Positions 49,632 to 59,243 of a DNA stretch of 64,000 nt are shown here, one piece after another. The stretch spans positions 2,117 through 66,116 of the forward strand of contig JANQRD010000205.1 of the NCBI GenBank assembly GCA_028284725.1. Direction: 5' to 3'. How positions within the stretch are numbered: position 1 is the stretch's first letter; every line of letters begins with the position of its first letter. The stretch is from Allomuricauda sp. (GTDB taxonomy: Bacteria; Bacteroidota; Bacteroidia; Flavobacteriales; Flavobacteriaceae). The notes under the pieces are model-generated. The model saw only the letters and a list, made by a program, of their open reading frames with translations, made no database searches and was not told where the DNA came from. Made by a program: the position numbers and the translations under genes.

Positions 49632-50819
49632 TTAATAATAGCCTTGATTTCTTTCTACTAAATCCATAATGTTTTGCACCGACCCAGAAGAAGTCTTGCC
49701 ATCGGATGGTGTATTCTTACAGTAGTCGATAAGAATATCAAGCCTTGTTTTTGCAACATGCGTTCGTGTGTCCGAAGAGGCATAATAAATATAGACATCC
49801 TCGTTTTCGTCCATGATCCATCCATTCGAAAAAAGAACGTTCCCAACATCTCCAATGATCTCATCATCGCTGGGAGCCATTAAATATCCACCGGGTTGGT
49901 AACGAACTTTTGATATATCATCCAAATCCGTGACGAACATATAAAGCACGTAGCGCATACCAGCTGCCGTATTGCGAACACCATGGGCCAAATGCAGCCA
50001 CCCTTCGGAGGTTTTTAAGGGCGAGGGCCCCAGGCCATTCTTCAATTCATATATGGTATGATATTTTTTAGGATTTAGAATAATCTCATCCCTGACGACT
50101 GGATTGGTTATATCATCAGTATATCCTAAACCGATTCCACCTCCAGAGCCCGTTTCAATAAAACCATCCTGAGGTCGTGTATAAATAGCATATCGCCCAT
50201 TTACGAATTCTGGATGTATGGTCACGTTGCGTTGCTGTCTTGAATTTGAAATCAAATCGGGCAATCGCTCCCAGGTTTTAAAATCCTTACTTCTAATAAT
50301 ACCGGCGTTGGCAACTGCTGCTGAGGTATCACCATTGTGGGCATTCGGATCTTTTCGCTCCGTACAGAAAAAACCGTAAACATATCCATCTTCATGGAGT
50401 GTTAAGCGCATATCGTAGGCATTTATGTCTGGGCTTTCGTTTTGGGGCAATACCAAGGGCTTGTCCCAAAATGTAAAGTTATCAATACCATTGTCGCTTT
50501 CCGCAAATGCAAAAAAAGATTTTCTATCCTTTCCTTCGATCCTGACGCACAATAGGTATTTGTTGTTCCACTTTATGGCTCCGGCGTTGAATGCGGCATT
50601 GATTCCAATTCGTTCCAATCCTCTGGGATTGGTTTCCGGTGACAGATCGTAGCGCCAATGAAGCGGGGTATGCTCCGCAGTAATAATAGGATATTGGTAC
50701 TTGGTGAATATCCTGCTGGAGTGCCTAATAGGAGGGTTGCTACGTGTCAAAAGTGTATGGTGTTCTTCGAATAGCTCAGAAAACAAGCTTGTTTTTTGTA
50801 GAGTGCTTTTAATTTTCAT
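49632..50819 (-). CDS. GH130 4-O-beta-D-mannosyl-D-glucose phosphorylase
   Basis: GINAAFNAGA, YDMRLT.HEDG, YTRPQDGFI, AHGVR and GDV.NVLFSNGW motifs. Confidence 0.92.
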   Translation of the reverse strand: MKIKSTLQKTSLFSELFEEHHTLLTRSNPPIRHSSRIFTKYQYPIITAEHTPLHWRYDLSPETNPRGLERIGINAAFNAGAIKWNNKYLLCVRIEGKDRKSFFAFAESDNGIDNFTFWDKPLVLPQNESPDINAYDMRLTLHEDGYVYGFFCTERKDPNAHNGDTSAAVANAGIIRSKDFKTWERLPDLISNSRQQRNVTIHPEFVNGRYAIYTRPQDGFIETGSGGGIGLGYTDDITNPVVRDEIILNPKKYHTIYELKNGLGPSPLKTSEGWLHLAHGVRNTAAGMRYVLYMFVTDLDDISKVRYQPGGYLMAPSDDEIIGDVGNVLFSNGWIMDENEDVYIYYASSDTRTHVAKTRLDILIDYCKNTPSDGKTSSGSVQNIMDLVERNQGYY

Positions 50820-50822
50820 CTT

Positions 50823-52223
50823 CTATTGGGTAGTATTATTATGCTTCTTTCTTGAAATCAATTCTTTGTTGATAGTCAGCATAAGTTTATCGTCGAGGGT
50901 GTAAAAAATCAGAAAAAGGGCAGATAGCAATGCACCAATTGCTGGCAGAAAACTCATCATCAAACGAATTCCGGTCTGGGCAGCCTCGGTCTGTACGGCA
51001 TTGGCCTCAAATCCATAAAAGGCCAGAATCCAACCTGTAAGTGCCCCACCAAGGGTCCATCCCATTTTTTGAGACATGGATGATGACGAAAATATCAAGC
51101 CTGTGGCTCTTCTCCCGGTCTTCCATTCGGAATAATCGGCAATATCAGCATACATGGACCAAAGTAATGGGAATACAATTCCCGCACAAATGCTTATTAA
51201 AAATTGGAATACAAAAATGAGGGTCACATTGTCTTCTTTGAAAAAGAAAAACAAACAACTTAACAAACAGGCCGACAACATTGCCGCAACAAATGTTCTT
51301 TTCTTTCCTATCCGGTCGGAAACAGGTTTTGCCAGGACAACACCCAAAATATTTGCAGCTTGTCCTAATACCAAGTAGAGCGTGCTGAATGTTATGCTTA
51401 TTTCAATGATGGGAAGTCGGAAAGCTTCCTGATTGGAAAAATAATACTTAAAGTAATAGATTGCAGATCCATCCCGAATGGAGTTGAAGATGAGCGAACA
51501 TACTCCTGCACCCAACAATATGAACCAAGGTCGATTCTTTGCTAAATTTTTGAGGTCAGCTTTAAGAGCGGTCTTTTGGTCTTTCGGTGGATGTACCCGC
51601 TCCCTGGTCCAATAAAAGGTACCCAAGAAAAAAGCTACGGCAATCAATGCGTAAATGGTCATGGTATATTGCCAACCCTTTTGGGTACTTGATATGTCAC
51701 CATTGGAGCTAAAAAAGTCCACCAATGGCTCAGCTGTAGCCAAAACCAATATGCTTCCAGCAAAAGCAAAAATAAATCTATATGAAGCCAAAGAAGTCCT
51801 GTCATTGAGGTTGGAGGTCATTACTCCCAGCAAAGAGGCATAAGGGACATTGATTGCAGTATACACAATCATCATAAGGCAATAGGTAATGTAGGCATAA
51901 ACGATTTTTCCTGAAACGGAGAGTTCAGGAGTGGTAAAAGTGAGTACCCCGAAGAGCCCAAAAGGTATGGCCATCCAAAGCAAGTAAGGCCTAAATTTTC
52001 CCCACTTCGTTTTGGTCCTGTCTGCTATGATGCCCATGATGGGATCGTTGATGCCATCAAAAATCCTGGTGATCAAGAACATGGTCCCCACCACCGCAGC
52101 AGAAATCCCAAAGACATCGGTGTAAAAGAAAAGCAGGTATACACCAAACATTTTCCAGAACATGGACGAGGCAAAATCGCCAAAGCCATAGCCCATTTTC
52201 TCCTTAAGTTTTAGTTTTTCCAT
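50823..52223 (-). CDS. MFS glycoside-pentoside-hexuronide:cation symporter (mannobiose uptake)
   Basis: GYGFGDFAS, FYTDVFG, DP..G..ADRT.TKWGKFRPY and WSMYADIADY motifs. Confidence 0.92.
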   Translation of the reverse strand: MEKLKLKEKMGYGFGDFASSMFWKMFGVYLLFFYTDVFGISAAVVGTMFLITRIFDGINDPIMGIIADRTKTKWGKFRPYLLWMAIPFGLFGVLTFTTPELSVSGKIVYAYITYCLMMIVYTAINVPYASLLGVMTSNLNDRTSLASYRFIFAFAGSILVLATAEPLVDFFSSNGDISSTQKGWQYTMTIYALIAVAFFLGTFYWTRERVHPPKDQKTALKADLKNLAKNRPWFILLGAGVCSLIFNSIRDGSAIYYFKYYFSNQEAFRLPIIEISITFSTLYLVLGQAANILGVVLAKPVSDRIGKKRTFVAAMLSACLLSCLFFFFKEDNVTLIFVFQFLISICAGIVFPLLWSMYADIADYSEWKTGRRATGLIFSSSSMSQKMGWTLGGALTGWILAFYGFEANAVQTEAAQTGIRLMMSFLPAIGALLSALFLIFYTLDDKLMLTINKELISRKKHNNTTQ

Positions 52224-52247
52224 GCTTTCTTTCGTGATTATGACTTC

Positions 52248-53414
52248 TTATTTTATGTTCGCGATCTCTTCTAAAAAAAGGACGTGAGGCAGGTTTTTGA
52301 ACTTTTTAAAGTCCAAACTGCTCCGTTGTCCTTCGAAAGGTGCGAAATAGTGGCTAGGTGATGCATTTCGCCATACCAACACCCATGACAACCCTTTGTT
52401 TGAAATGTTCTTATCGAGAACAGCTGTCCACCAATCTTTTATTTTGACACCTTCCAATCCACCTTCCGTCAAAGCATATGGCATGTTTTTTAATTTTGCG
52501 ACTTCAGCAAGAATTTCAAGGTTGTCATTGAGCAGTTCAACGTATTCTTCGGTTGTTTTTTTATGATATAGGTCGATGCCCAACATGTCCACAAAATCAT
52601 CACCGGGATAAAATTGGAGATATTCCTTTTTGTCGGTTATCGCATCAGTTGCATAGCAAAAAATAAGATTATGCACTTCGAAGTTTCGGGTCAGGATATG
52701 GAAGGTTTCCCGCCACAGTTGCTTGAATTCATTAGGGGTGCAGTTTTTATGGCCCCACCAAAACCAGGAACCATTCATCTCATGATAGGGCCTAAAAACA
52801 ATTGGGATGGATTCTCCTGATTTTGTTTTTAGGGATTTCAAAAAATCCGCGATTTTGTTCAAACATCCAAGGTACTTAGGATGTAGAATCCCACCCTCCA
52901 AAATATGGGCGACCGTGGGCGTGGGATCCCATGCGCTTTTTTTTGTGGATGGATTGTTGGGGTGCCAACTTAATGTGATGATCCCTCCATTTTCATGGGC
53001 AGTCTTAATGAGATTGGCCATCATTTCAAAATTAACGGTATCGAGATTGTGGGCATGCCCCAACTCTAGATGGCCCAATTCAAAACCATATATGGCAGGA
53101 AAATCCCCAGCCACATCATTTACATCACTTTTGTATCGAGTCCCGTCATTTTTCCAGCCCATACCATAGGCGGTGGCATCCTGGTGACCAAAGGCATATC
53201 CCACTTTTGAGATTTCCTTTACTCTGGACATCAAATATTTGGCTGAACCATCAGCTTGGGGGTCACTTAACCTAATATGCTCAGATGAGGACAAAAGTGC
53301 CGTTTTACATGATGAAATTAATAAAAGTAATGATACTATATAAACAGCTCTGAGGAAGATGGGTTTCCTAAATCTTACAGAAATTATGGCTATCGAATGA
53401 TTTTTAGTATGCAA
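52248..53414 (-). CDS. GH26 beta-mannanase (lipoprotein)
   Basis: FRPYHEMNGSWFWWG acid/base, YPGDDFVD, ALTEGG nucleophile, WRN; lipobox ISSC. Confidence 0.93.
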   Translation of the reverse strand: MHTKNHSIAIISVRFRKPIFLRAVYIVSLLLLISSCKTALLSSSEHIRLSDPQADGSAKYLMSRVKEISKVGYAFGHQDATAYGMGWKNDGTRYKSDVNDVAGDFPAIYGFELGHLELGHAHNLDTVNFEMMANLIKTAHENGGIITLSWHPNNPSTKKSAWDPTPTVAHILEGGILHPKYLGCLNKIADFLKSLKTKSGESIPIVFRPYHEMNGSWFWWGHKNCTPNEFKQLWRETFHILTRNFEVHNLIFCYATDAITDKKEYLQFYPGDDFVDMLGIDLYHKKTTEEYVELLNDNLEILAEVAKLKNMPYALTEGGLEGVKIKDWWTAVLDKNISNKGLSWVLVWRNASPSHYFAPFEGQRSSLDFKKFKNLPHVLFLEEIANIK

Positions 53415-53529
53415 TACGTAAAATTTGAGTCTTTGTTTGTTTTTTTACCAAATAGCACTTGCCAAAAATAGATTACATTTATGCACATCTTTAATACTAT
53501 TTTGTCAATTTTAGATAGAATTTCTAATT

Positions 53530-54411
53530 ATGAGTCATACCTATCAGAAGCCTCACCGGGAAATCATACAGATGTCACCCAACGACAGTTTTTTGGTTTT
53601 TGATCGAACAAAGGATTATTTTGATTACCCCATACATTATCATCCCGAGTACGAACTGAACTTCATTTCGAATGCTCCAGGAGTGCGCAGGGTGGTGGGG
53701 GACAGTTTGGAGGAAATTGGGGACAAGGAACTGGTCTTGGTTGGTCCAAATTTATACCACGTATGGGAGCATTATAATTGTAAGAGCACACATATTCATG
53801 AGATTACGATTCAGTTTCAGGATAATCTGTTCCATAAGGAACTTTTGAACAGAGCAATTCTTAAACCCATAAGGGAAATGTTTGAAAGGGCAAACCATGG
53901 GATTCTCTTTTCCCGAGAAACATGCTTGGCCCTGGAACCAAGATTGAAAAAGGTTTCAAAACTGGATAGTATGGATTATTTTTTGGAGATTTTTTCCATT
54001 CTTTATGACCTTTCCATCTCCAGAAACCAACGAATGCTTTCCACCACTTCGGTGGAACCTGAAAATTACGAGCACAGCGAAAAACTGAAACGGTTACATC
54101 ATTTTATCGAGAAAAATTACGACTCCAAAATTTCACTTTCCAGTGTTGCCGAGTTATTGAACATGAGCATGGTTTCCTTCAACAGGTTTATCAAAAAAAG
54201 AACAGGGAAAACATTTGTGGAATATCTCAACGACATTCGAATTGGGTACGCCTCGAGAAGATTGATTGAAAAAGATCAGAGTATATCCGAAATAGCATAT
54301 AGTTGCGGATTTAACAGCATTGCTAACTTTAACCGTATTTTTAAGAAAAGCAAGGGATGTACACCAACAAAATATCGAGAGGACTTTTTGGGCATCAAAA
54401 GGGTACTGTAA
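53530..54411 (+). CDS. AraC family regulator with cupin sensor domain
   Basis: HYHPEYEL cupin motif; C-terminal HTH (IAYSCGFNSIANFNRIFKK..TPT.YR); divergent from GH26. Confidence 0.92.
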   Translation: MSHTYQKPHREIIQMSPNDSFLVFDRTKDYFDYPIHYHPEYELNFISNAPGVRRVVGDSLEEIGDKELVLVGPNLYHVWEHYNCKSTHIHEITIQFQDNLFHKELLNRAILKPIREMFERANHGILFSRETCLALEPRLKKVSKLDSMDYFLEIFSILYDLSISRNQRMLSTTSVEPENYEHSEKLKRLHHFIEKNYDSKISLSSVAELLNMSMVSFNRFIKKRTGKTFVEYLNDIRIGYASRRLIEKDQSISEIAYSCGFNSIANFNRIFKKSKGCTPTKYREDFLGIKRVL

Positions 54412-54527
54412 AATCAATGAAATCTATCTTTTTATTTCAATTCCACATCATTTTTTATCAAAATTCCCATAATTGTCAATAAGTAATCCCAAATTTTATA
54501 AATTTCGGATGCACTTAAAAAACTGAT

Positions 54528-56246
54528 ATGCAGATTATCGAATCTTCCAAGGTTTATGATGTGATCATTGTAGGCTCTGGAGCTGGTGGTGGTATGGCCA
54601 CCAAAGTTTTGGCGGATGCAGGATTAAAGGTGGCTGTAGTTGAAGCCGGTCCTTTTTTTGATCCAGCTGATCCCAAACAGCAAACACAATTAAAATGGCC
54701 TTATGAATCTCCCCGAAGGGGAGCAGCGACCAAACGTCCTTTTGGTGATTTTGATATGGCCTATGGAGGTTGGGAAATAGAGGGAGAGCCTTATACCAAC
54801 ACTGAAGGCAGCAATTTTCAATGGTTTCGGTCCAGAATGCTGGGCGGCCGTACCAATCACTGGGGAAGAATTTCCTTGCGATTCGGTCCACTCGACTTCA
54901 AGAGGAAAGACCAAGATGGTCTTGGCGACAATTGGCCCATTGGTTATGAGGATGTAAAACCGTATTACGATAAAGTGGACAAGCTTATCGGAGTGTTTGG
55001 CACCAACGAAGGTTTACCCAACGACCCAGATGGATTCTTTCTTCCGCCACCAAAACCCAGGTTGCACGAACTTTTCTACATAAAGGGGGCCAGAAAATCG
55101 AATGTGACGGTAATTCCCTCCCGCATGTCGATGTTGACGAAACGTATCAACAAGGACCGAGGGGTATGTTTTTATTGTGGTCAATGCTCCAGATCTTGCT
55201 CAGTGTATGCCGATTTTTCATCCGGTAGCTGCTTAATTTTCCCTGCACAAAAAAGTGGAGGGCAAATAGATCTGTTTGTAAATGCCATGGTACGCGAAGT
55301 CACTACTAATACAGAAGGTAAGGCAACGGGGGTATCCTACATTAACAAGGAAGATCGCAAAGAATATAAACTGAAAGGGAAAATGGTGGTTTTAGCTGCA
55401 TCGGCCTGCAGTTCTGCTAGAATTCTGCTGAACTCCAAAAGTAAACGCCACCCAAACGGTTTGGGTAATTCAAGTGGTGTAATTGGCAAGTACCTCCATG
55501 ATTCCACGGGAAGTGGTAGAATGGGATTCATTCCTGATCTTATGAACCGCAAGACGTACAACGAAGATGGAGTAGGGGGCATGCATGTGTATTCGCCCTG
55601 GTGGTTGGATAATAAAAAATTGGATTTTCCACGCGGCTATCATATTGAAATGTGGGGTGGTCTTGGGATGCCCAGCTATGGGTTCGGTTTTAACGCAAAT
55701 GACTTGAACGAATACTTCGGATTAAAAGTGGGTGGATATGGCAACAGCCTTCGTAAGGATGTCAAAAAGTATTATGGGGCCCTGGTTGGGATGAACGGTA
55801 GGGGAGAATCCGTGCCCCAAAAAGAAAATTCCTGTGAGATCGACAACACCAAGGTGGATGAATTTGGGATTCCGGTTTTAAAGTTCAATTACCAATGGTC
55901 TGATCATGAATACAAACAGGCCAAGCATATGCAGGATACTTTTGAAGAAATCATTCATAACATGGGGGGACAACCTTTGGGTGAAAAGCCTACCAAGGAG
56001 CAAAACTATGGGATTGATCTTCCTGGGAGGATTATTCACGAAGTAGGGACCACGAGAATGGGGGATGATTCCAAAACATCTGTTGTGAACAAGTTTCAGC
56101 AAATGCACGATGTGGACAATGTTTTTATTGTGGATGCTGGACCTTTTGTTTCCCAGGCGGACAAAAACCCAACCTGGACTATTTTGGCACTTTCGTGGCG
56201 GACGTCAGATTACATCATTCAACAATTAAAACAGCAAAACATCTGA
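54528..56246 (+). CDS. GMC family FAD oxidoreductase (glycoside 3-dehydrogenase-like)
   Basis: IVGSGAGGG, LGGRTNHWGR, CFYCGQC..SC Fe-S motif, HEVGT.RMG, KNPTWT. Confidence 0.9.
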   Translation: MQIIESSKVYDVIIVGSGAGGGMATKVLADAGLKVAVVEAGPFFDPADPKQQTQLKWPYESPRRGAATKRPFGDFDMAYGGWEIEGEPYTNTEGSNFQWFRSRMLGGRTNHWGRISLRFGPLDFKRKDQDGLGDNWPIGYEDVKPYYDKVDKLIGVFGTNEGLPNDPDGFFLPPPKPRLHELFYIKGARKSNVTVIPSRMSMLTKRINKDRGVCFYCGQCSRSCSVYADFSSGSCLIFPAQKSGGQIDLFVNAMVREVTTNTEGKATGVSYINKEDRKEYKLKGKMVVLAASACSSARILLNSKSKRHPNGLGNSSGVIGKYLHDSTGSGRMGFIPDLMNRKTYNEDGVGGMHVYSPWWLDNKKLDFPRGYHIEMWGGLGMPSYGFGFNANDLNEYFGLKVGGYGNSLRKDVKKYYGALVGMNGRGESVPQKENSCEIDNTKVDEFGIPVLKFNYQWSDHEYKQAKHMQDTFEEIIHNMGGQPLGEKPTKEQNYGIDLPGRIIHEVGTTRMGDDSKTSVVNKFQQMHDVDNVFIVDAGPFVSQADKNPTWTILALSWRTSDYIIQQLKQQNI

Positions 56247-56248
56247 TC

Positions 56249-56962
56249 ATGGACAGAAGAAAAAGTTTAAAGTCGATACTGTTGGGTGGGGTTGCCGGTG
56301 GATTGGCCATTCATGGATGTAAGCCACAGCAAGAACAACAGTTGGAGGAAGTTGTTAAAATAAGGGAATATGATTATGGAAGAACTCCCAAAGAAAAGGA
56401 ATATGACGAAGAGTTACTTTCGGAAGAATTCTTTAACCCGCATGAAATGGAGACCATTGCAGTGCTTTGTAATTTGATTTTACCTGAAGAAGGTGATATG
56501 GGCGGTGCATTGGAGGCTGAGGTGCCGGATTTTATTGAATTCATGGCAAAGGATCATCCTCCCTACCAAATAGAGCTTAGGGGTGGACTTATGTGGATAG
56601 ACCATAAAAGCAATACGGAGTACAATGTCGACTTCAAATCTGCTTCAGAAGAACAACAAAAAGACATTTTGGACCAAATTGCGTATCCTGATATAGAAAT
56701 TCCAGAAGCCGAGAGACCTTTAGAAGTCCAATTCTTCTCTTTACTGAGGAATTTGACTCTAACTGGGTATTATACCTCCAAAATTGGAATTGAGGCTTTG
56801 GGATACAAGGGGAACATGCCCAATGTTTGGGACGGGGTGCCCGATGATATTCTTGCACAACACGGTGTTTCGTATGACGAGGAATGGTTGGCCAAATGTA
56901 TCGATCAAAGTAAGCGCGGCATACTTGCTGAATGGGATGAAGAAGGGAATCTGATAACATGA
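56249..56962 (+). CDS. Gluconate 2-dehydrogenase subunit 3 family (Tat hitch-hiker subunit)
   Basis: MDRRKSLK Tat motif, VPDFIEF, LT..GYYTSKIG..LGY.GN. Confidence 0.88.
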   Translation: MDRRKSLKSILLGGVAGGLAIHGCKPQQEQQLEEVVKIREYDYGRTPKEKEYDEELLSEEFFNPHEMETIAVLCNLILPEEGDMGGALEAEVPDFIEFMAKDHPPYQIELRGGLMWIDHKSNTEYNVDFKSASEEQQKDILDQIAYPDIEIPEAERPLEVQFFSLLRNLTLTGYYTSKIGIEALGYKGNMPNVWDGVPDDILAQHGVSYDEEWLAKCIDQSKRGILAEWDEEGNLIT

Positions 56963-56978
56963 AACAAGTGTACAAAGG

Positions 56979-57812
56979 ATGAAAACAAAAAATACCCTTT
57001 TAATAGTTATGGTTACCGCGATGAGCTTACATCTGGGTTTTGGACAAGAAATAGGAATACAGTTATACAGTTTACGAAACCAGTTCAAGGAAAACATACC
57101 TGAAACATTGGAATTGATCAGCAGTTGGGGCATTACCACGATTGAAGGAGGCGAAAACACCTATGGTATGGCCCAAGATGAATTTATTGAACTGCTCAAA
57201 CAAAATGGACTTTCCGTTGCAAGTGTAGGTACCAATTTAGAGGAATTAAGGGATGAGCCGATGAAGGCTGTAGAACGGGCGAAAGCTTTTGGCGCCAAAT
57301 ACGCCATGTGTCCATGGATACCTCATAACGGAAATAATTTCACTATAAAGGACATTAAGAAAGCGACCCAAATTTTCAATAAAGCGGGGGAACAATTAAA
57401 AAATGAGAGGATTCAGCTGGTGTACCATCCCCATGGATATGAGTTTAGGTCCTATAAAGATGGAACACTTTTCGATTATATGGCCAGCAATGCCGAACAT
57501 TTTGATTTTGAAATGGATATGTATTGGGTGCAACATGGAGGTGAGGATCCTGTAGCCTTGTTGGAACGTTACCCTAACAAATTCAAACTGATGCACCTAA
57601 AGGATATGCAGAAAGGTACCATTGGAAATGACACGGGACATAGTGATGTTGAGACAAACGTAGTCTTGGGAACAGGCATGATAGATGTCAAAACATTGGT
57701 ATTGAAAGGTAGGGAACTTGGCGTGGAATACATGTTCATTGAAGATGAGTCATCACAGGTAGTAAATCAGGTACCGAAAAGCTTGGCCTTTCTCAATGGG
57801 CTACTGAATTGA
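56979..57812 (+). CDS. Secreted xylose-isomerase-like TIM barrel (sugar phosphate isomerase/epimerase family)
   Basis: GIQLYSLR, YHPHGYEF, FEMD.YW, HLKD and FIEDE metal ligands; signal peptide. Confidence 0.85.
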   Translation: MKTKNTLLIVMVTAMSLHLGFGQEIGIQLYSLRNQFKENIPETLELISSWGITTIEGGENTYGMAQDEFIELLKQNGLSVASVGTNLEELRDEPMKAVERAKAFGAKYAMCPWIPHNGNNFTIKDIKKATQIFNKAGEQLKNERIQLVYHPHGYEFRSYKDGTLFDYMASNAEHFDFEMDMYWVQHGGEDPVALLERYPNKFKLMHLKDMQKGTIGNDTGHSDVETNVVLGTGMIDVKTLVLKGRELGVEYMFIEDESSQVVNQVPKSLAFLNGLLN

Positions 57813-57846
57813 AGCATAACCGACCTCTACATAAGTAAAAATCACC

Positions 57847-59160
57847 ATGACCATTTTGGCCGTCGTTTTTAGTGTACTAGTATTGATAGTACTGATTACC
57901 TGGGGAAAAGTGAATCCGTTTTTGGCTTTCCTTTTGGCATCAATTTTAGCAGGAGTTTTACTTGGAATACCCCTGGGAGACATCTCAAAATCCCTAGAAA
58001 AAGGTATTGGTGATATGCTTGGATCACTGGCAGTTATCATTTGTCTTGGCGCGATGTTCGGAAAAATCATTTCAGAAAGTGGTGCGGCCAAAAAGATAAC
58101 CTTGGTGCTGATGGATCTGTGTGGGGAAAGGTATATCCAATGGGCCTTGATGGTTACAGGTTTTATAGTTGGTATTCCATTGTTTTACAATGTCGGCTTT
58201 GTGCTTTTGGTACCGTTGATTTTTTCGGTTACATATCAATTCAAGCTACCTGCTGTTTATATTGGTATCCCAATGTTGGCGGCATTGTCCGTAACCCATG
58301 GTTTTTTACCTCCGCATCCATCTCCCACGGCATTGGTTGCCCAATTCGATGCTAGTTTGAGTACGACCCTTATCTATGGCTTTCTTGTGGCAATTCCCTG
58401 CATGATTGTAGCTGGGCCTTTCTTTGCCAAAACACTGAAACATATGGAGGCCCATCCTTTGGAGACCTTTAAGCCCAAGGAAATGTCTGATGCAAATCTG
58501 CCCAATGGTACCAACTGCTTTTTTACGGCATTGTTGCCTGTGATCTTATTGGCAAGCTCATCGCTCTTACCTTATGTATCAAGCGGCAATAAGAATTTGG
58601 ATGCATTATTTTCCTTTTTGGCCGACCCCATAACGGTAATGTTGATTTCTCTAATGATTGCTACCTATACCTTGGGAATACTCCAAAAGATGAAAGTCAA
58701 AAAAATCATGGAGGACTATGCTGATTCTGTAAAGGATGTGGCTATGATACTGCTGATTGTAGCGGGAGCAGGTGCCTTAAAGCAAGTTTTCATAGACAGC
58801 GGGGTAAGTGCCGACATCGCCCAATTGGTGGGTGGATGGGACATAAATCCGTTGGTGTTGGGCTTTATAATGGCGACGATTATTCGAGTGAGTCTAGGGT
58901 CTGCTACTGTAGCAGGGCTTACCACCGCAGGGATTATTGCGCCAGTTGTTACCACAACAGGGGCCGATGCCAATCTGATGGTACTGTCCATTGGTGCAGG
59001 AAGTCTAATGTTCTCCCATGTGAATGATTCTGGTTTTTGGATGTACAAGGAATACTTTAACCTGAGCCTTAAGGACACCTTCAAATCATGGACGGTTATG
59101 GAGACCATCGTAGGCCTAGTAGGTTTGGCTATGGTGCTTTTGCTTGATGTTTTTGTTTGA
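57847..59160 (+). CDS. GntP family gluconate:H+ symporter
   Basis: HGFLPPHPSP, GSATVA, SHVNDSGFW..KEYF, WT.MET. Confidence 0.92.
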   Translation: MTILAVVFSVLVLIVLITWGKVNPFLAFLLASILAGVLLGIPLGDISKSLEKGIGDMLGSLAVIICLGAMFGKIISESGAAKKITLVLMDLCGERYIQWALMVTGFIVGIPLFYNVGFVLLVPLIFSVTYQFKLPAVYIGIPMLAALSVTHGFLPPHPSPTALVAQFDASLSTTLIYGFLVAIPCMIVAGPFFAKTLKHMEAHPLETFKPKEMSDANLPNGTNCFFTALLPVILLASSSLLPYVSSGNKNLDALFSFLADPITVMLISLMIATYTLGILQKMKVKKIMEDYADSVKDVAMILLIVAGAGALKQVFIDSGVSADIAQLVGGWDINPLVLGFIMATIIRVSLGSATVAGLTTAGIIAPVVTTTGADANLMVLSIGAGSLMFSHVNDSGFWMYKEYFNLSLKDTFKSWTVMETIVGLVGLAMVLLLDVFV

Positions 59161-59243
59161 TAGCAATGGAACAGATTATTGCTATGTACTTGAATCAGGT
59201 AGACTAAAACTGAATTGCATATTCCCTTTTCAAAAGAACAACC

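Noticed and set aside
59161-59184. TAGCAAT/ATTGCTA hairpin between gntP and the sulfatase
   Set aside because: Short AT-rich stem without a U-tract; too weak to call a terminator.
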